Shown one piece after another: positions 33,239-47,319 of a stretch of DNA of 64,000 nucleotides. Position numbers and translations under genes: made by a program. The stretch comes from Escherichia coli (GTDB taxonomy: Bacteria > Pseudomonadota > Gammaproteobacteria > Enterobacterales > Enterobacteriaceae). The stretch lies in NCBI RefSeq assembly GCF_003334765.1, contig NZ_QOWT01000001.1. One strand, given 5' to 3'. The notes beneath the pieces were generated by a model. The model ran no database searches. It saw nothing but the letters and a program-made list of their open reading frames with translations, and was not told the DNA's origin. Each line of letters starts with the position of its first letter. Within the stretch, counting starts at the first letter, position 1.

Positions 33239-34354
33239 TTAGAACTGGTAGACGATACCAACTGCAAACTGGTCATCAGCTGCTGCGCCAGTAATGGCGG
33301 CGTCATCTTTATCCAGCATGTTGAATTTGTATGCAGTATAAACGTTCATGTTCTTATTAAAGTAGTACCAGGTACCAACTTCAATGTAGTTCACACGGTC
33401 AGCGTCAACATATCTATGTCCAGGTACCCCTTTGATATCTTTACCTTTAGAGTACACATAACCTAAGGACGGACGCAGACCAAAGTCGAATTGATACTGA
33501 ACAACCGCTTCAAAGTTCTGGGTTTCATTGATAAGTTGATCACGCATTATTGTATTGCCTTCTCGATCGGCAACACCTGTATCAATAGAACCCGGAGTCA
33601 TATTACGAGTTTCGCCGTACATTACAGCTGCGTAGACATTGTTCGCGTCATACTTTGCAGCCAACGACCACAGTTCAGCATTTGAACCGTTTCCATCGGC
33701 AACTTGATCGTTGGTGCGATCAGATTTGCTATATGCACCAACGATACCAAAACCATTGATGTTATAGTCTACAGACAACGCATAGCCGTCACCATTTTGT
33801 TTCTTAGTGCTACGGTTGCTGTTTTTGCCTTGGTACTGAATCGCAAAATCAAGACCATCAACCAGGCCAAAGAAATCATAGTTACGGTAGGTTGCAACAC
33901 CGTTGGTACGACCATTCATGAAGTTGTCAGCGGAAGCCCAGGAATCGCCACCCCATTCAACTAACATATCGGTATAAGCTGCGGCATCATAAGCAACACC
34001 GTAGTTACGGCCATAGTCAAATGATCCTAACTCGTTATATTTCAAACCGGCGAAGGTTAAACGGGTTTTTTCCTGGTTTTCACCTTCGGGCTTGCTGGCG
34101 TCGAGGTTGTATTCAAACTGACCAAAACCAGTCAGTTCGCTGGTGATTTGGGTTTCACCTTTAACACCGAAACGAGCATAGGAGGTATCTTCGTTTTCGC
34201 TGTTATTATCATCAGTATTTGACCAGATGCGTTCGCCAACCATCTTGCCGTAGAAATCAACTTTATTGCCATCTTTATTATAAATTTCAGCCGCATTTGC
34301 TGCGCCAGCAACTAATAACGCCGGGACCAGCATTGCCAGAACTTTTCTTTTCAT
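33239..34354 (-). CDS. yedS: OmpC/OmpF-family general porin, apparently intact
   Basis: ORF with signal peptide [21 protein letters not shown] (start ATG 34354 after AGGGA) and C-terminal porin signature ending VGIVYQF. Confidence 0.88.
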   Translation of the reverse strand: MKRKVLAMLVPALLVAGAANAAEIYNKDGNKVDFYGKMVGERIWSNTDDNNSENEDTSYARFGVKGETQITSELTGFGQFEYNLDASKPEGENQEKTRLTFAGLKYNELGSFDYGRNYGVAYDAAAYTDMLVEWGGDSWASADNFMNGRTNGVATYRNYDFFGLVDGLDFAIQYQGKNSNRSTKKQNGDGYALSVDYNINGFGIVGAYSKSDRTNDQVADGNGSNAELWSLAAKYDANNVYAAVMYGETRNMTPGSIDTGVADREGNTIMRDQLINETQNFEAVVQYQFDFGLRPSLGYVYSKGKDIKGVPGHRYVDADRVNYIEVGTWYYFNKNMNVYTAYKFNMLDKDDAAITGAAADDQFAVGIVYQF

Positions 34355-34663
34355 TATGTATTCCCTTGTGATTATAATCTTCATGAATATATCAATAAGT
34401 GCCGTTATCCAAAAAAAAGCACATTTGGATACTATTCTATGAAGTTCATTTTATTTTAAGGATTACATGTAACAAATGTATTTAAAAGATTTCAAAATGT
34501 TTCTAATCTATTTAATATAATTCAGAATTATGAATTCTAAATATAAATATTCATGAAAATTATAAATGTATATCAATATGTTATGAGTTGGGTGGAAACA
34601 TAGGGGGTGTCAATGATTGTTGCGCTAAACGGCTGGTGTGATCACGCGCACATTAATGAAGGC

Positions 34664-34757
34664 ATAAAAAAAAGCCGGCATCATGCCGGCCCAAAAAATA
34701 TAAACAAGACGATAAAAGGCTAATAACGGAGGCATCATGACACAGAATAATAAAAAG
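34664..34757 (-). ncRNA. Candidate small RNA of about 90 nt; position matches what I recall for RseX, sequence not verified
   Basis: Orphan intrinsic terminator on the minus strand (GCCGGCATGATGCCGGC followed by U8; plus 34664-34690) with a TACAAT -10 element (34763-34768) about 95 nt upstream; no CDS between them. Confidence 0.4.
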
Positions 34758-34924
34758 GTATAATTGTAATCAGTGCTAATATATTGATTGAATGAATTAA
34801 TAAAGCCGATCTCAAAGATAAATAAAATCGCTCAAAACGATTTTTCCTGTATTCACTGCCGTTGCGCAAAAATTATCTATTTGTTCAAAAAATGAGTGAG
34901 TCTTGACTGGCTCATCCAATGTGG

Positions 34925-34950
34925 AAAAATGTGACTTTTATCACATAATA
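34925..34950. promoter_or_regulatory. CRP-like binding site
   Basis: AAATGTGACTTTTATCACATAA: TGTGA-N6-TCACA perfect half-sites. Confidence 0.5.
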
Positions 34951-34983
34951 GTACTAAGTCTGAATTTTCCGGGTTATCTCAAA

Positions 34984-35286
34984 ATGGAATACGGTTCGAC
35001 AAAGATGGAAGAGAGACTCTCTCGCAGCCCTAGTGGCAAACTGGCTTTGTGGGCTTTCTATACATGGTGTGGCTATTTCGTCTGGGCAATGGCGCGTTAC
35101 ATCTGGGTGATGAGCCGGATCCCCGATGCCCTCGTGTCGGGATTTGAAAGCGATTTAGGCTCTACCGCGGGAAAGTGGTTAGGGGCACTGGTCGGATTTT
35201 TATTTATGGCTCTGGTCGGGGCATTGTTAGGCAGCATTGCCTGGTACACCCGACCTCGTCCCGCACGTAGCAGACGCTATGAATAA
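34984..35286 (+). CDS. yedR: Small inner membrane protein; start uncertain
   Basis: Track ORF 34903-35286 starts at TTG and would contain the CRP site; internal ATG 34984 (MEYGSTKMEERL...) is preferred; two predicted TM helices. Confidence 0.7.
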   Translation: MEYGSTKMEERLSRSPSGKLALWAFYTWCGYFVWAMARYIWVMSRIPDALVSGFESDLGSTAGKWLGALVGFLFMALVGALLGSIAWYTRPRPARSRRYE

Positions 35287-35325
35287 AAACTGCTAAGGTG
35301 GCGACTCTTTGGCAACGGAGCGCGT

Positions 35326-36021
35326 ATGGACTTACAACACTGGCAGGCACAGTTCGAAAACTGGTTGAAAAACCATCATCAGCACCAGGACGCGGCCCAT
35401 GACGTGTGTCATTTTCGCCGCGTCTGGGCTACGGCACAGAAGCTGGCGGCAGATGATGACGTCGATATGCTGGTGATTTTAACAGCCTGTTATTTTCACG
35501 ATATTGTGAGCCTGGCGAAAAATTATCCGCAAAGGCAGCGTTCTTCAATCCTGGCGGCAGAAGAGACGCGTCGCCTGCTCCGTGAAGAGTTCGTGCAATT
35601 TCCGGCGGAGAAAATCGAGGCCGTTTGTCATGCCATTGCCGCTCACAGTTTCAGCGCGCAAATCGCCCCCTTAACCACGGAAGCTAAAATCGTCCAGGAT
35701 GCGGATCGGCTGGAAGCCCTGGGGGCGATTGGCCTGGCGCGCGTGTTTGCCGTTTCAGGGGCATTGGGCGTGGCGCTGTTTGATGGCGAAGATCCGTTCG
35801 CACAGTATCGCCCGCTTGATGATAAACGCTACGCGCTGGATCATTTCCAGACTAAGTTGTTGAAGCTACCGCAAACCATGCAAACCGTAAGAGGCAAGCA
35901 GCTGGCGCAGCACAACGCGCAATTTTTAGTCGAGTTTATGGCGAAGCTCAGTGCCGAACTGGCGGGGGAGAATGAAGGTGTCGATCACAAGGTGATAGAT
36001 GCGTTTTCACCCGCGGGCTGA
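35326..36021 (+). CDS. yedJ: HD-domain phosphohydrolase
   Basis: 231-aa ORF with HD motif (CYFHD). Confidence 0.88.
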   Translation: MDLQHWQAQFENWLKNHHQHQDAAHDVCHFRRVWATAQKLAADDDVDMLVILTACYFHDIVSLAKNYPQRQRSSILAAEETRRLLREEFVQFPAEKIEAVCHAIAAHSFSAQIAPLTTEAKIVQDADRLEALGAIGLARVFAVSGALGVALFDGEDPFAQYRPLDDKRYALDHFQTKLLKLPQTMQTVRGKQLAQHNAQFLVEFMAKLSAELAGENEGVDHKVIDAFSPAG

Positions 36022-36087
36022 GCGCGTGGCCCTAAATGGCTGTAATTATGTTAACCTGTCGACCATCTCAGATGGCCGGTTAAATCT

Positions 36088-37506
36088 ATGCAGGAAAATA
36101 TATCAGTAACCGATTCATACAGCACCGGGAATGCCGCACAGGCAATGCTGGAGAAACTGCTGCAAATTTATGATGTTAAAACGCTGGTGGCTCAGCTTAA
36201 TGGTGTGGGTGAGAATCACTGGAGCGCGGCAATTTTAAAACGTGCGCTGGCGAATGACTCGGCATGGCACCGTTTAAGTGAGAAAGAGTTCGCCCATCTG
36301 CAAACGTTGTTACCCAAACCACCGGCACATCATCCGCATTATGCGTTTCGCTTTATCGATCTATTTGCCGGAATTGGCGGCATCCGTCGCGGTTTTGAAT
36401 CGATTGGCGGACAGTGCGTGTTTACCAGCGAATGGAACAAACATGCGGTACGCACTTATAAAGCCAATCATTATTGCGACCCGGCGACGCATCATTTTAA
36501 TGAAGATATCCGCGACATCACCCTCAGCCATAAAGAAGGCGTGAGTGATGAGGCGGCGGCGGAACATATTCGTCAACACATTCCTGAACACGATGTTTTA
36601 CTGGCCGGTTTCCCTTGTCAGCCATTTTCGCTGGCTGGCGTATCGAAAAAGAACTCGCTCGGGCGGGCGCACGGTTTTGCCTGCGATACTCAGGGCACGC
36701 TGTTCTTTGATGTGGTGCGCATTATCGACGCGCGTCGTCCGGCGATGTTTGTGCTCGAAAACGTCAAAAACCTGAAAAGCCACGACCAGGGTAAAACGTT
36801 CCGCATCATCATGCAGACGCTGGACGAACTGGGCTATGACGTGGCTGATGCAGAAGATAACGGGCCGGACGATCCGAAAATCATCGATGGTAAACATTTT
36901 CTGCCGCAGCACCGTGAACGCATCGTGCTGGTGGGTTTTCGTCGCGATCTTAACCTGAAAGCCGATTTTACTCTGCGTGATATCAGCGGATGTTTCCCTG
37001 CGCAGCGAGTGACGCTGGCGCAGCTGCTGGACCCGATGGTCGAGGCGAAATATATCCTGACGCCGGTACTGTGGAAGTACCTCTATCGATATGCGAAAAA
37101 ACATCAGGCGCGCGGTAACGGCTTCGGTTATGGAATGGTTTATCCGAACAATCCGCAAAGCGTCACCCGTACGCTGTCTGCGCGTTATTACAAAGATGGC
37201 GCGGAAATTTTAATCGATCGCGGATGGGATATGGCCACGGGTGAAAAAGACTTTGACGATCCGCTGAATCAGCAACATCGTCCACGTCGGTTAACGCCTC
37301 GGGAATGCGCGCGCTTAATGGGTTTTGAAGCGCCGGGAGAAGCGAAATTCCGCATTCCGGTTTCGGACACTCAGGCCTATCGCCAGTTCGGTAACTCGGT
37401 GGTCGTGCCGGTCTTTGCCGCGGTGGCAAAACTGCTTGAGCCAAAAATCAAACAGGCGGTGGCGTTGCGTCAGCAAGAGGCACAACATGGCCGATGTTCA
37501 CGATAA
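36088..37506 (+). CDS. dcm: DNA cytosine-5 methyltransferase
   Basis: 472-aa ORF with FAGIGG, PCQ and ENV motifs. Confidence 0.95.
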   Translation: MQENISVTDSYSTGNAAQAMLEKLLQIYDVKTLVAQLNGVGENHWSAAILKRALANDSAWHRLSEKEFAHLQTLLPKPPAHHPHYAFRFIDLFAGIGGIRRGFESIGGQCVFTSEWNKHAVRTYKANHYCDPATHHFNEDIRDITLSHKEGVSDEAAAEHIRQHIPEHDVLLAGFPCQPFSLAGVSKKNSLGRAHGFACDTQGTLFFDVVRIIDARRPAMFVLENVKNLKSHDQGKTFRIIMQTLDELGYDVADAEDNGPDDPKIIDGKHFLPQHRERIVLVGFRRDLNLKADFTLRDISGCFPAQRVTLAQLLDPMVEAKYILTPVLWKYLYRYAKKHQARGNGFGYGMVYPNNPQSVTRTLSARYYKDGAEILIDRGWDMATGEKDFDDPLNQQHRPRRLTPRECARLMGFEAPGEAKFRIPVSDTQAYRQFGNSVVVPVFAAVAKLLEPKIKQAVALRQQEAQHGRCSR

Positions 37507-37957
37507 GGCCACACGCAGCAAAAATATGCGCGCGATTGCCACGCGTGATACGGCGATTGAGAAGCGCCTCGCCAGTTTGTTAACCGGGCAGGGACTGGCG
37601 TTTCGCGTTCAGGACGCCAGTCTGCCCGGACGCCCGGATTTTGTCGTTGATGAATATCGCTGCGTGATATTTACCCATGGCTGCTTCTGGCATCATCATC
37701 ACTGCTATCTGTTTAAAGTGCCTGCGACTCGAACCGAGTTCTGGCTGGAGAAGATAGGTAAAAATGTTGAGCGCGATCGCCGCGATATCAGTCGCTTGCA
37801 GGAACTCGGCTGGCGCGTATTGATTGTCTGGGAGTGCGCGTTACGTGGGCGCGAGAAGCTGACGGATGAAGCGCTTAGCGAGCGTCTGGAAGAGTGGATC
37901 TGCGGCGAAGGTGCCAGCGCGCAGATCGACACGCAGGGGATTCATTTACTCGCTTGA
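37487..37957 (+). CDS. vsr: Very-short-patch repair endonuclease
   Basis: Start [16 protein letters not shown] overlaps the dcm 3' end by 20 bp in another frame; 156 aa. Confidence 0.93.
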   Translation: MADVHDKATRSKNMRAIATRDTAIEKRLASLLTGQGLAFRVQDASLPGRPDFVVDEYRCVIFTHGCFWHHHHCYLFKVPATRTEFWLEKIGKNVERDRRDISRLQELGWRVLIVWECALRGREKLTDEALSERLEEWICGEGASAQIDTQGIHLLA

Positions 37958-38866
37958 TGCGTCCTGAATAACTGGCGCAACTACGGGTTTTGCCGGAAAG
38001 AGATATTTTCCCAACGTGACCAGCACCACCGCGAAGACAATTACGCCGAGCGCCAGCCATTCAATCTTCGAAAGCGTCTCTCCACCCAGTCCCGTACCCA
38101 GCAAGACCGCGACCACCGGGTTAACGTAGGCGTAGCTGGTGGCGAGAGCCGGACTGACGTTGCGGATTAAATACATATAAGCGTTGATGGCGATAATCGA
38201 ACCAAACAGCGCCAGATAGCCGACCGCAAGGAAGCCTGAAAGGGAAGGGAGCGCCGTCAGTTTTTCACCCGCAATCATCGACGCGATCATTAACACCACG
38301 CCTGCCGCCAGCATCTCAATCGCACCCGCCATCATCCCTACAGGTAAGGTAATGTGCGAGCCATAAACTGAGCCAAACGCCCAGCTAATCGAGCCGATTA
38401 AAATCAGAATCGCGCCCCACGGATTGCCGCTTAAATTTCCACCGCTATTGAGCATGATGATTCCGGCAAGCCCAATGGCAATACCCACCCATTCCAGTTT
38501 GCGCGTTTTAATGCCAAACAGGCGGCTGAAGCACAGGGTAAAGAGGGGCACGGTTGCAACCACTACGGCGGCGATGCCGGAAGGAACATTTTGATGTTCG
38601 GCAACCGTCACCATGCCATTACCGACAGCCAGCAATAACAGGCCAATCAGCGCGGCATTGAGCAGCGGACGTAGCGGGGGGAGCTTGTGTCCGCGCAGTA
38701 GCAAAAATGCCAGCAATAAAATACCGGCTGCCAGGAATCGAACGCCCGCCATCATTAATGGAGGCCAGCTTTCCACGCCAATCCGAATGACAAAATAGGT
38801 TGAGCCCCAAATGATATACAACGCAAACAGCGCGCCAAAAAGCGGTAATAACTGGCGGAAACGCAT
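37946..38866 (-). CDS. yedA: EamA/DMT-family transporter
   Basis: 306-aa hydrophobic ORF with 10 predicted TM segments; converges on vsr. Confidence 0.88.
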   Translation of the reverse strand: MRFRQLLPLFGALFALYIIWGSTYFVIRIGVESWPPLMMAGVRFLAAGILLLAFLLLRGHKLPPLRPLLNAALIGLLLLAVGNGMVTVAEHQNVPSGIAAVVVATVPLFTLCFSRLFGIKTRKLEWVGIAIGLAGIIMLNSGGNLSGNPWGAILILIGSISWAFGSVYGSHITLPVGMMAGAIEMLAAGVVLMIASMIAGEKLTALPSLSGFLAVGYLALFGSIIAINAYMYLIRNVSPALATSYAYVNPVVAVLLGTGLGGETLSKIEWLALGVIVFAVVLVTLGKYLFPAKPVVAPVIQDASSE

Positions 38867-39038
38867 AATCCCTCACGGTGGAAATAAAAAGGTGGTTCAT
38901 AGTAAACGTGAAAATCATTCTGCTGGCGAGAGATATAATTGCACTTGATTGTTAAAAAAATGTTGACCTGTGAAGCAAGTATCAGAGCTGCCGTTTTTGC
39001 TTCATACTTACACCCTTCAACAATAAAAATGAGAGGGA

Positions 39039-39956
39039 ATGCTTTTGGCCGGGAGTAGTTTACTGACGTTGCTCGATGATATCGCCACACTGCTGGACGA
39101 TATCTCCGTGATGGGCAAACTGGCGGCGAAGAAAACCGCCGGTGTATTAGGGGATGACTTATCGCTCAATGCGCAACAAGTTTCAGGTGTGCGGGCCAAC
39201 CGGGAACTTCCCGTGGTCTGGGGCGTGGCGAAAGGATCGCTGATCAATAAAGTGATTCTGGTGCCACTGGCGCTGATTATCAGTGCGTTTATCCCGTGGG
39301 CGATTACGCCATTGTTGATGATCGGTGGCGCGTTTCTCTGCTTTGAAGGGGTAGAGAAAGTGCTGCATATGCTGGAGGCGCGTAAACATAAAGAAGATCC
39401 GGCGCAGAGTCAGCAGCGTCTGGAGAAGCTGGCGGCGCAGGATCCGCTGAAGTTTGAAAAGGACAAAATAAAAGGGGCGATTCGTACCGATTTTATATTG
39501 TCTGCGGAAATCGTCGCCATCACGCTGGGGATTGTGGCCGAAGCGCCGTTGCTTAATCAGGTGCTGGTGCTTTCAGGCATCGCGCTGGTAGTGACCGTGG
39601 GCGTCTACGGTCTGGTAGGGGTTATCGTTAAGATTGATGACCTGGGGTATTGGCTGGCGGAAAAATCCAGCGCGCTGATGCAGGCATTAGGTAAAGGATT
39701 ATTGATTATCGCGCCCTGGCTGATGAAAGCGTTTTCGATTGTCGGCACGCTGGCGATGTTCCTCGTCGGCGGCGGGATTGTGGTACATGGTATTGCGCCG
39801 CTGCATCACGCCATTGAACATTTCGCCGGGCAGCAAAGTGCAGTGGTGGCGATGATATTACCGACTGTTTTAAATCTGATTCTTGGATTTATCATCGGCG
39901 GCATCGTGGTGCTGGGAGTGAAAGCCGTAGCAAAAATGCGCGGTCAGGCACATTAA
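39039..39956 (+). CDS. yedI: DUF808 inner membrane protein
   Basis: 305-aa ORF matching the YedI family. Confidence 0.85.
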   Translation: MLLAGSSLLTLLDDIATLLDDISVMGKLAAKKTAGVLGDDLSLNAQQVSGVRANRELPVVWGVAKGSLINKVILVPLALIISAFIPWAITPLLMIGGAFLCFEGVEKVLHMLEARKHKEDPAQSQQRLEKLAAQDPLKFEKDKIKGAIRTDFILSAEIVAITLGIVAEAPLLNQVLVLSGIALVVTVGVYGLVGVIVKIDDLGYWLAEKSSALMQALGKGLLIIAPWLMKAFSIVGTLAMFLVGGGIVVHGIAPLHHAIEHFAGQQSAVVAMILPTVLNLILGFIIGGIVVLGVKAVAKMRGQAH

Positions 39957-40034
39957 TACTCGCACAAGCTATTATGCAAAATTCGCCATCTTCAACTAAG
40001 GTGAACAAGTTTCACTCGAAAAAAGGAGGCGAGT

Positions 40035-40217
40035 ATGAGCTTTATGGTTAGTGAGGAAGTTACGGTTAAAGAGGGCGGCCCGCGGATGATTGTCACTGGA
40101 TACTCCAGCGGTATGGTTGAGTGTCGTTGGTATGACGGTTACGGGGTCAAGCGGGAAGCTTTTCATGAAACCGAGCTTGTTCCAGGGGAGGGGAGTCGTT
40201 CTGCGGAAGAAGTTTGA
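40035..40217 (+). CDS. yodC: Small DUF2158 protein
   Basis: 60-aa ORF MSFMVSEEVTVKEGGPRMIVTG... with upstream GGAGG. Confidence 0.8.
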   Translation: MSFMVSEEVTVKEGGPRMIVTGYSSGMVECRWYDGYGVKREAFHETELVPGEGSRSAEEV

Positions 40218-40232
40218 AAGGGTATCATTAAG

Positions 40233-40259
40233 ACCAGGCCGGATCACATCCGGCCTGGT
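40233..40259. terminator. Hairpin (12-bp perfect inverted repeat) after yodC
   Basis: ACCAGGCCGGAT-cac-ATCCGGCCTGGT; no clear T-run, so terminator function is uncertain. Confidence 0.3.
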
Positions 40260-40387
40260 GTGCCAATGCCTGCAATGAATGATAGTCGCGTCTTATCATG
40301 CCACCATTATAAAATTATCGCTGTTTTGCGGTACGCTATCGCCAGGTTATGCCAGAATCATAAAAAAGCAGGTGGGGAGTCGTCAGG

Positions 40388-42912
<2,525 letters not shown>

Positions 42913-43092
42913 TTACCAGGATGATTCTCAAAACAGCACAAATTATCAAAGATGATTTTGTTCGGGAGCGATCCCGCTGACGCCAGAGCCACCAAGGGGT
43001 GACGTGCGTCACATTTCTATTCATAAGTAGCGTTAATCATTCATATAGCGAATATTTTCTTGTCAGCGAAAAAAATTGCGGATAAGGTGATG

Positions 43093-43179
43093 AACACATC
43101 AGATTTCCTGGTGTAACGAATTTTTTAAGTGCTTCTTGCTTAAGCAAGTTTCATCCCGACCCCCTCAGGGTCGGGATTT
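43093..43179 (+). ncRNA. dsrA: DsrA small regulatory RNA
   Basis: Matches AACACATCAGATTTCCTGGTGTAACGAATTTTTTAAGTGCTTCTTGCTTAAGCAAGTTTCATCCCGACCCCCTCAGGGTCGGGATTT, ending in a terminator hairpin and T-run. Confidence 0.93.
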
Positions 43180-43192
43180 TTTTATTGTGCAT

Positions 43193-43420
43193 TCAACGAT
43201 TCACTTCAGAGACGCTGAAGTCATGAATATCCAGTTCGAAGGCATCCGCCAATTCACGCCATGTATGATATTCACGTCCATCGACGCTAACGTGTTCAGA
43301 ATCGTTCTGGCTGCGATGAACTTCGCTTTCGCTAATTTCATTGATCGCCGCCAGCAGGGCATCGACATCGACGCTGACCTCACGTTTTGCGGTATCGCTG
43401 TACTCTTTTGCGGTTTTCAT
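43193..43420 (-). CDS. yodD: Stress-induced small protein
   Basis: ORF with start MKTAKEYSDTAKREVS (75 aa). Confidence 0.85.
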   Translation of the reverse strand: MKTAKEYSDTAKREVSVDVDALLAAINEISESEVHRSQNDSEHVSVDGREYHTWRELADAFELDIHDFSVSEVNR

Positions 43421-43492
43421 CATCTTTCCTCGCAACCGTTACTCTGTTGTTGCCGCCAGTCGTTAAGTCCGCCTGGCATCACTTAAGTATAG

Positions 43493-43771
<279 letters not shown>

Positions 43772-43814
43772 TCTTATTCAGCCTGACTGGTGGGAAACCA
43801 CCAGTCAGAATGTG

Positions 43815-44438
43815 TTAGCGCATGTTGACAAAAATACCATTAGTCACATTATCCGTCAGTCGGACGACATGGTAGATAACCTGTTTATTATGCGTTTTGA
43901 TCTTACGTTTAATATTACCTTTATGCGATGAAACGGTCTTGGCTTTGATATTCATTTGGTCAGAGATTTGAATGGTTCCCTGACCTGCCATCCACATTCG
44001 CAACATACTCGATTCGGTTCGGCTCAATGATAACGTCGGCATATTTAAAAACGAGGTTATCGTTGTCTCTTTTTTCAGAATATCGCCAAGGATATCGTCG
44101 AGAGATTCCGGTTTAATCGATTTAGAACTTATCAATAAATTTTTTCTGACCAATAGATATTCATCAAAATGAACATTGGCAATTGCCATAAAAACGATAA
44201 ATAACGTATTGGGATGTTGATTAATGATGTGCTTGATGTGCTGACTGTTAGAAGCATCATGGATGAAACAGTCCTCATTAATAAACACCACTGAAGGGCG
44301 CTGTGAATCACAAGCTATGGCAAGGTCATCAACGGTTTCAATGTCGTTGATTTCTCTTTTTTTAACCCCTCTACTCAACAGATACCCGGTTAAACCTAGT
44401 CGGGTGTAACTACATAAATCCATAATAATCGTTGACAT
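43815..44438 (-). CDS. rcsA: Capsule synthesis regulator RcsA (LuxR-type HTH)
   Basis: 207-aa [27 protein letters not shown]... with C-terminal LuxR HTH. Confidence 0.93.
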
Positions 44439-44688
44439 GGCATACCCTCACTCAATGCGTAACGATAATTCCCCTTACCTGAATATTTCATCATGACTAA
44501 ACGGAACAACATGGGTCACCTAATGCGCCACTCTCGCGATTTTTCAGGCGGACTTACTATCCCGTAAAGTGTTGTATAATTTGCCTGGAATTGTCTTAAA
44601 GTAAAGTAAATGTTGCGATATGTGAGTGAGCTTAAAACAAATATTTCGCTGCAGGAGTATCTTGGAAGATGTTCGTAGGTATTATTTT

Positions 44689-44702
44689 TCGGATAATCCT
44701 TA
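44689..44702. promoter_or_regulatory. RcsAB-box-like site upstream of rcsA
   Basis: Minus-strand TAAGGATTATCCGA resembles the RcsAB box TAAGAATAATCCTA. Confidence 0.35.
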
Positions 44703-44727
44703 GGATAACATGATAAACGTTACGGAA

Positions 44728-45513
44728 TTATATTAATGGCAATTCACTAATAATATCAGCCAGCAAATTAAAAATTTCACTGAATAAATGTTCGCAAAAA
44801 GGCGCAATTAACGGCATTAATGCCGCCATTAAAGAGATACCGACAGTCAGAGTTAATGGAAATCCAATAACAAAAATGGATAATTGCGGGGCCATACGAT
44901 TCAGTAAACCTAATGCCAGATTCAGGGTCAGCAGCAGAGTAATGAGCGGTAACGCCAGCATCAGCCCGTTAAGGAAAATCAAACTCCCTGCTTTGGTGAG
45001 TGCCAGAAACGCATTGCTGTTCAACGGTTCGCCACCAATAGGCAGGGTGTGAAAGGTATCGACCAGCAGTGAAATCAACCATAAATGACCGTTAAATGTC
45101 AGGAACAGCAGTAACGCCAGCATATCCATGATACGCGCTAAAACGGGCATATTGAGATGGCTGGCCGGATCGACAAACGTCGCAAATGACAGCCCCATTT
45201 GCAGACCGATAATTTCGCCAGCGGTTCGCACAGCGGCAAAGGCAAATTGCATGGTAAAACCAAGCGCAATGCCGATCAGGATCTGCTGCACGGCCAGCCA
45301 CAGAGCAAAGAACGAAAAAACAGGAACATCGTTGGCAGGTAATGATGGGGCAATGGCGAACGTGATCATCATTGCCAGCCCCAGTTTTACCCGTTTCGGC
45401 ACGCTGCGTTCGCTCAGAATTGGTGCGGTAGAAATGAGCGCCAGCACGCGCAGTAACGGCCAGAAGTACAGGCTTAACCAGGAAAGCCATTGATCGCTTG
45501 TCACCTGCATCAT
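44728..45513 (-). CDS. fliR: Flagellar export apparatus protein
   Basis: 261-aa hydrophobic ORF, last gene of fliLMNOPQR. Confidence 0.93.
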   Translation of the reverse strand: MMQVTSDQWLSWLSLYFWPLLRVLALISTAPILSERSVPKRVKLGLAMMITFAIAPSLPANDVPVFSFFALWLAVQQILIGIALGFTMQFAFAAVRTAGEIIGLQMGLSFATFVDPASHLNMPVLARIMDMLALLLFLTFNGHLWLISLLVDTFHTLPIGGEPLNSNAFLALTKAGSLIFLNGLMLALPLITLLLTLNLALGLLNRMAPQLSIFVIGFPLTLTVGISLMAALMPLIAPFCEHLFSEIFNLLADIISELPLI

Positions 45514-45521
45514 TGTACGGC

Positions 45522-45791
45522 CTACCCGATGATATACGGCAGGTTAGTGAACAAGGTGCGGACGTAATCCAGCAACAGATTGAGCATCCACGGTCCGGCA
45601 ATAATAATGGCGATAAATACGGCGATGATTTTCGGAATAAACGACAGCGTCATTTCGTTAATCTGGGTGGCGGCCTGCAAAATACTGATGATAAGACCCG
45701 TGACCAGCGCCACCAGCAACAGCGGGGCAGCCAGTGCCAGCGCGACTTTCATCGCTTCAGTCCCCATCATCATGACCGATTCAGGTGTCAT
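45522..45791 (-). CDS. fliQ: Flagellar export apparatus protein
   Basis: 89-aa ORF. Confidence 0.93.
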   Translation of the reverse strand: MTPESVMMMGTEAMKVALALAAPLLLVALVTGLIISILQAATQINEMTLSFIPKIIAVFIAIIIAGPWMLNLLLDYVRTLFTNLPYIIG

Positions 45792-45800
45792 TTTGCCTCT

Positions 45801-46538
45801 CTAGCTGTAAAAGCTCTGCGCCAGCGAACCGACCAGCAATTGCCAACCATCCACCAGTACAAACAGCATCAGTTTAAAGGGCAGAGCAATGGTGGCTGGG
45901 GGAACCATCATCATCCCCAATGCCATCAACACGCTGGCAATCACCAGGTCGATAATCAAAAAAGGAATGAAAATCGTGAAGCCTATCTGAAATGCGGTTT
46001 TCAACTCGCTGGTCACGTAGGCCGGGAGCAAAATGCGCATCGGCACGGCTTCAGGTCCCTGCAACGGGCCGGTATTCGCCAGTCTGGCAAACAACCCTAA
46101 ATCCGCCTCGCGGGTCTGACGCAGCATAAACTCACGCAGCGGCTGCGCCCCTTTTTCCAGCGCCTCCTGCATTGAGATTTTCTCTTCGCTAAATGGCTGG
46201 TACGCATCGACATAAATTTTGTCGATCACCGGTGACATAATAAAAAAGGTCAAAAACAGTGCCAGCCCCAGCAATACCTGGTTAGGTGGCGCGGAGGGTG
46301 TTCCCAGCGCGTTACGCAATAAACCAAAAACAATGATGATGCGGGTGAAACTGGTCATCATCAGTAAAATTGCCGGAATAAACGTCAACGAGGTGATGAA
46401 CACCAGCGTCTGCACCGGGAGCGACCAGCTTTGTCCACCGCCAGGCAGCGGCTGGCTGGTGATACCCGGCAGTTGCGCGAAGGCGAGGGGCGTAATCAGC
46501 CAGAGAAGGACAGGTGCGACAGACAATAAACGACGCAT
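45801..46538 (-). CDS. fliP: Flagellar export apparatus protein
   Basis: 245-aa ORF with signal sequence. Confidence 0.93.
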   Translation of the reverse strand: MRRLLSVAPVLLWLITPLAFAQLPGITSQPLPGGGQSWSLPVQTLVFITSLTFIPAILLMMTSFTRIIIVFGLLRNALGTPSAPPNQVLLGLALFLTFFIMSPVIDKIYVDAYQPFSEEKISMQEALEKGAQPLREFMLRQTREADLGLFARLANTGPLQGPEAVPMRILLPAYVTSELKTAFQIGFTIFIPFLIIDLVIASVLMALGMMMVPPATIALPFKLMLFVLVDGWQLLVGSLAQSFYS

Positions 46539-46906
46539 CAGGATCTCCCGCTACGCTTAAGCAAATTTTTCATGACCGACTGAAAATCGGTCTGCGGTAT
46601 CTCTTCTGTTGGTGCTGAAGGGGGAAGTTTATGCAGCAGATTGATTTGCCCTGCGGTAACGCCGAGCACCAGCCGTGCATCTTCCACATCGACCACCACA
46701 ACCCGTTCACGCGCGCCCAGCGAAGCACTGGCGCTAATTTTCAGACCGTTAACGCCAGTGCGTTTAGGGGCAAATCCCAGCCGTTTTATCAGCCAGGCAG
46801 CAGCGAGGATCAGGGCAATAATGGTGATGAGTGCGCCGCTCACCTGCAGCAGTGGCGCAGCAGAAACCGGCGCGGAAGATTGCACAGTAGCGTGGTTATT
46901 CATCAC
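46538..46906 (-). CDS. fliO: Flagellar protein FliO
   Basis: 122-aa ORF with single TM. Confidence 0.9.
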   Translation of the reverse strand: MMNNHATVQSSAPVSAAPLLQVSGALITIIALILAAAWLIKRLGFAPKRTGVNGLKISASASLGARERVVVVDVEDARLVLGVTAGQINLLHKLPPSAPTEEIPQTDFQSVMKNLLKRSGRS

Positions 46907-47319
46907 TAACGGCTCAGGCGACGCATTCGCTCAGACGGAGTAATGATATCGGTGATCCGCACGCCATATTTATCGGCAACGACCACCACTTCGCCCTGGG
47001 CGATTAAATAACCGTTGATCAGAATATCCAGTGGTTCGCCCGCCAGACCGTCCAGCGCCACGACGGACCCTTGCGTCAGACGCAACAGCTCTTTGATGGT
47101 CATCCGCGTACGGCCCAGTTCGACGGTCAGCTTGACCGGAATATCCATAATCAGGTCGATATCCTGCAACGTTCCGCTGACATCACCACCGCCAAATTGC
47201 TGGAACACCGCGTCGGCAGCGCTTTTGCTACTGGTTGATTTTTGTTCGCTCAACGCTTCAGCCCACAGATCGTCCATTGCGCCGTTGTTGTCATCGGCCG
47301 GATTATTCATGTCACTCAT
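46906..47319 (-). CDS. fliN: Flagellar motor switch protein
   Basis: 137-aa ORF. Confidence 0.93.
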   Translation of the reverse strand: MSDMNNPADDNNGAMDDLWAEALSEQKSTSSKSAADAVFQQFGGGDVSGTLQDIDLIMDIPVKLTVELGRTRMTIKELLRLTQGSVVALDGLAGEPLDILINGYLIAQGEVVVVADKYGVRITDIITPSERMRRLSR

